A DNA stretch of 64,000 bases from Nitrospirota bacterium (GTDB lineage: Bacteria > Nitrospirota > UBA9217): contig CAVUHW010000008.1 of the NCBI GenBank assembly GCA_963741205.1, positions 197,045 to 261,044 of the forward strand. Reading direction: 5' to 3'. A model generated the notes under the pieces. That model saw nothing but the letters and a program-made list of their open reading frames with translations, made no database searches and was not told the DNA's origin. The position numbers and the translations under genes are program-made. Below are positions 62,190-64,000 of this stretch, piece after piece. Numbering within the stretch: position 1 is the stretch's first letter; each line of letters begins with the position of its first letter.

Positions 62190-63224
62190 TCAAGCCTCTT
62201 CCGTAATCTTCAATACAACGCGTCCTGTCACCTTGCCTTCGCGCAAGCGCTTGAAAACGTCGTTCACGGCCTCCAGCGGCTGTAGTTCGATGTGCGCCTT
62301 CACCTTGCCCTCGCCTGCGAACCCGAGCGCCTCCTGCAGGTCCTTCCTCGTGCCGACGATCGAGCCGCGTATGGTAATGCGGTTCAAGACGACGTCGAAG
62401 ATCGGTACCGGGAAATCCCCCGGGGGAAGACCGATGAGCGCACAGGTGCCGCCGCGGCGAAGCATTCTGATGCCCTGAAGAAAAGCTGCGCGCGAGACGG
62501 CAGTCACCACCACGCCGTGAGCGCCGCCGATGCGTTTGTGGACCTCGGAGACGGCGTCGGTCGTGGCCGCATTGATGGTGAGCTCCGCGCCCAAACTCCG
62601 GGCCAGGTCAAGCTTGTCGTCGGCGATATCCACTGCCGCCACATGCAGCCCCATCGCCTTCGCGTACTGAACGGCCACGTGGCCCAACCCGCCGATGCCG
62701 GAAATGGCCACCCACTGCCCGGGCCGGGCCTCGGTCTCCTTGAGGCCCTTGTATGTCGTTACGCCTGCGCACACGATGGGCGCGATTTCCGCGAACGGAA
62801 CGTTCGCCGGCAAATGGCCGACATACTTCGGGTCGGCCAGGGCGTATTCCGCATACGCGCCGTCCACGGAGTAACCGGAATTTTGCTGGTTCACGCAGAG
62901 CGTTTCCCAACCGCTGATGCAGTACTCGCAGTAACCGCATGAGGTGTGAAGCCAGGGAATACCCACCCGGTCACCCTCTTTCACCGCGGTGACGCCTTTC
63001 CCCAGTGCCGCCACATAACCTACGCCCTCATGGCCGGGTATCAAGGGCAGCTTAGGCTTGACGGGCCAATCTCCGTCAGCGGCGTGAATGTCAGTATGGC
63101 AGACCCCGCTTGCCGCAATCTTGACCAGGATCTGACCTTCTCCGGGCGTGGGCACAGGGGCCTGTTCTATTGAAAGCGGTTTACCGAACTCGCGAACGAT
63201 CGCGACTTTCATGGTTTTGTTCAT
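62190..63224 (-). CDS. adhP: Zn-dependent alcohol dehydrogenase
   Basis: [40 protein letters not shown]. Confidence 0.93.
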   Translation of the reverse strand: MNKTMKVAIVREFGKPLSIEQAPVPTPGEGQILVKIAASGVCHTDIHAADGDWPVKPKLPLIPGHEGVGYVAALGKGVTAVKEGDRVGIPWLHTSCGYCEYCISGWETLCVNQQNSGYSVDGAYAEYALADPKYVGHLPANVPFAEIAPIVCAGVTTYKGLKETEARPGQWVAISGIGGLGHVAVQYAKAMGLHVAAVDIADDKLDLARSLGAELTINAATTDAVSEVHKRIGGAHGVVVTAVSRAAFLQGIRMLRRGGTCALIGLPPGDFPVPIFDVVLNRITIRGSIVGTRKDLQEALGFAGEGKVKAHIELQPLEAVNDVFKRLREGKVTGRVVLKITEEA

Positions 63225-63513
63225 AGCGTTTCCTCCTTTCTCAATGCCGGCTGAAAGGCGGCCGGTGCATGCGCCGCCAGGATTGCGGCGGCTAATTTCC
63301 ATTATTGAGAATATTCTTATCCTGATTTAAATTTATAGGCGAGTACGGGAACTGTCAAGCTTTCGCCTGCCAGCGACCGCACTATGCCCTTAGGTACTAA
63401 TCATCATGCCGTCGTGTTCCTCTAATACCTTCTGCTGATTGCCGTGATATAATGATTACTACGATCGTCCCGGATCGCGATCACCCTATTGCACGATAAC
63501 GGAGGAAGAGCTT

Positions 63514-64000
63514 ATGGATGCGCTTGAAATGGCCCTGAAAACAGAGACGGACGCTATAGCGTTCTACACGGAGGCGGCCCGGAAGACGTCATACCCCGTG
63601 GGTAAAAAGATGTTTCAGGCGATCATCGAGGATGAAAAACGGCACCTGGAAATGATACGGCAGGTCGTCATAGGGCTCCACATAACGCACAAGGACGTGA
63701 GCCCGATGAAGAACGTGAGAACCGTGTTCGAGGCCATGAAGAAAGACTTGATGAACAAGGTCGAGGCGACCGCGGATGAGCTTGAGGCGTTCCGGATCGC
63801 CATGCAGATGGAAAAAGAAGGCAAGGCCGTTTATGAGAAGGCCCTCTCCCGCGTGAAGTCGGACAAGGAAAAGGCGCTCCTGGAGCGGCTGATCCAGGAG
63901 GAAGAAGAGCATTACGCCATTTTTGCCAATACGCTCCAGTTCCTCGAGGACACGGGAAACTGGTTTATGTGGGAGGAGCGGGGCATCGTCGAGGGGGGAT
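63514..64000 (+). CDS. ferritin/rubrerythrin-family protein (runs to window edge)
   Basis: GGAGG RBS; MDALEMALKTETDAIAFY...EDEKRH...MEKEG..Y...EEEEH...WFMWEE. Confidence 0.88.
   Translation, partial: MDALEMALKTETDAIAFYTEAARKTSYPVGKKMFQAIIEDEKRHLEMIRQVVIGLHITHKDVSPMKNVRTVFEAMKKDLMNKVEATADELEAFRIAMQMEKEGKAVYEKALSRVKSDKEKALLERLIQEEEEHYAIFANTLQFLEDTGNWFMWEERGIVEGG

Noticed and set aside
63304-63320. Fur/PerR-like box ATTGAGAATATTCTTAT between adhP and the ferritin-like gene
   Set aside because: Palindromic but lacks the central base of the 7-1-7 box; a single AT-rich instance is insufficient.
1-64000. CRISPR arrays, rRNA/tRNA genes, transposases, integrases, prophage
   Set aside because: No regularly spaced repeat-spacer arrays, RNA gene signatures or such ORFs were seen.

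Overview
64 kb of a GC-rich bacterial chromosome, probably a sulfate/sulfite-reducing Nitrospirota (Thermodesulfovibrionia-like; inferred from gene content and order only). The assembly appears indel-rich: many conserved genes (dsrA, dsrN, dsrM, dsrP, glyA, pcnB) are broken by single-base frameshifts. Bases 1-13 kb hold a reductive-type dsr cluster (dsrABD-dsrN-Zn-finger ORF-dsrC-ferredoxin-dsrH/E/F-like-dsrT-dsrMKJOP-ferredoxin). It unusually carries DsrEFH-like sulfurtransferase genes and is interleaved with two near-identical CxxDxxC (7Fe-type) ferredoxins. The rest mixes housekeeping and DNA-repair genes (rsmD, endoQ, uvrD-like, pcnB, rsmE, rpiB, glyA, nrdR, priA, smpB, folA, radA), two PIN toxin-antitoxin pairs, a decayed integron-cassette-like patch and several families of palindromic repeats. 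Stress, redox and signalling genes fill the distal end. The strongest hidden signal is a membrane-anchored ~10-heme cytochrome c (42126-44062) whose ORF reads through an in-frame UGA followed by a SECIS-like hairpin, i.e. a probable selenoprotein split by ORF callers. Other notable items are a signal-less L,D-transpeptidase-MurC/Mpl fusion and beta-clamp motifs at the C-termini of both EndoQ and the adjacent UvrD-like helicase.
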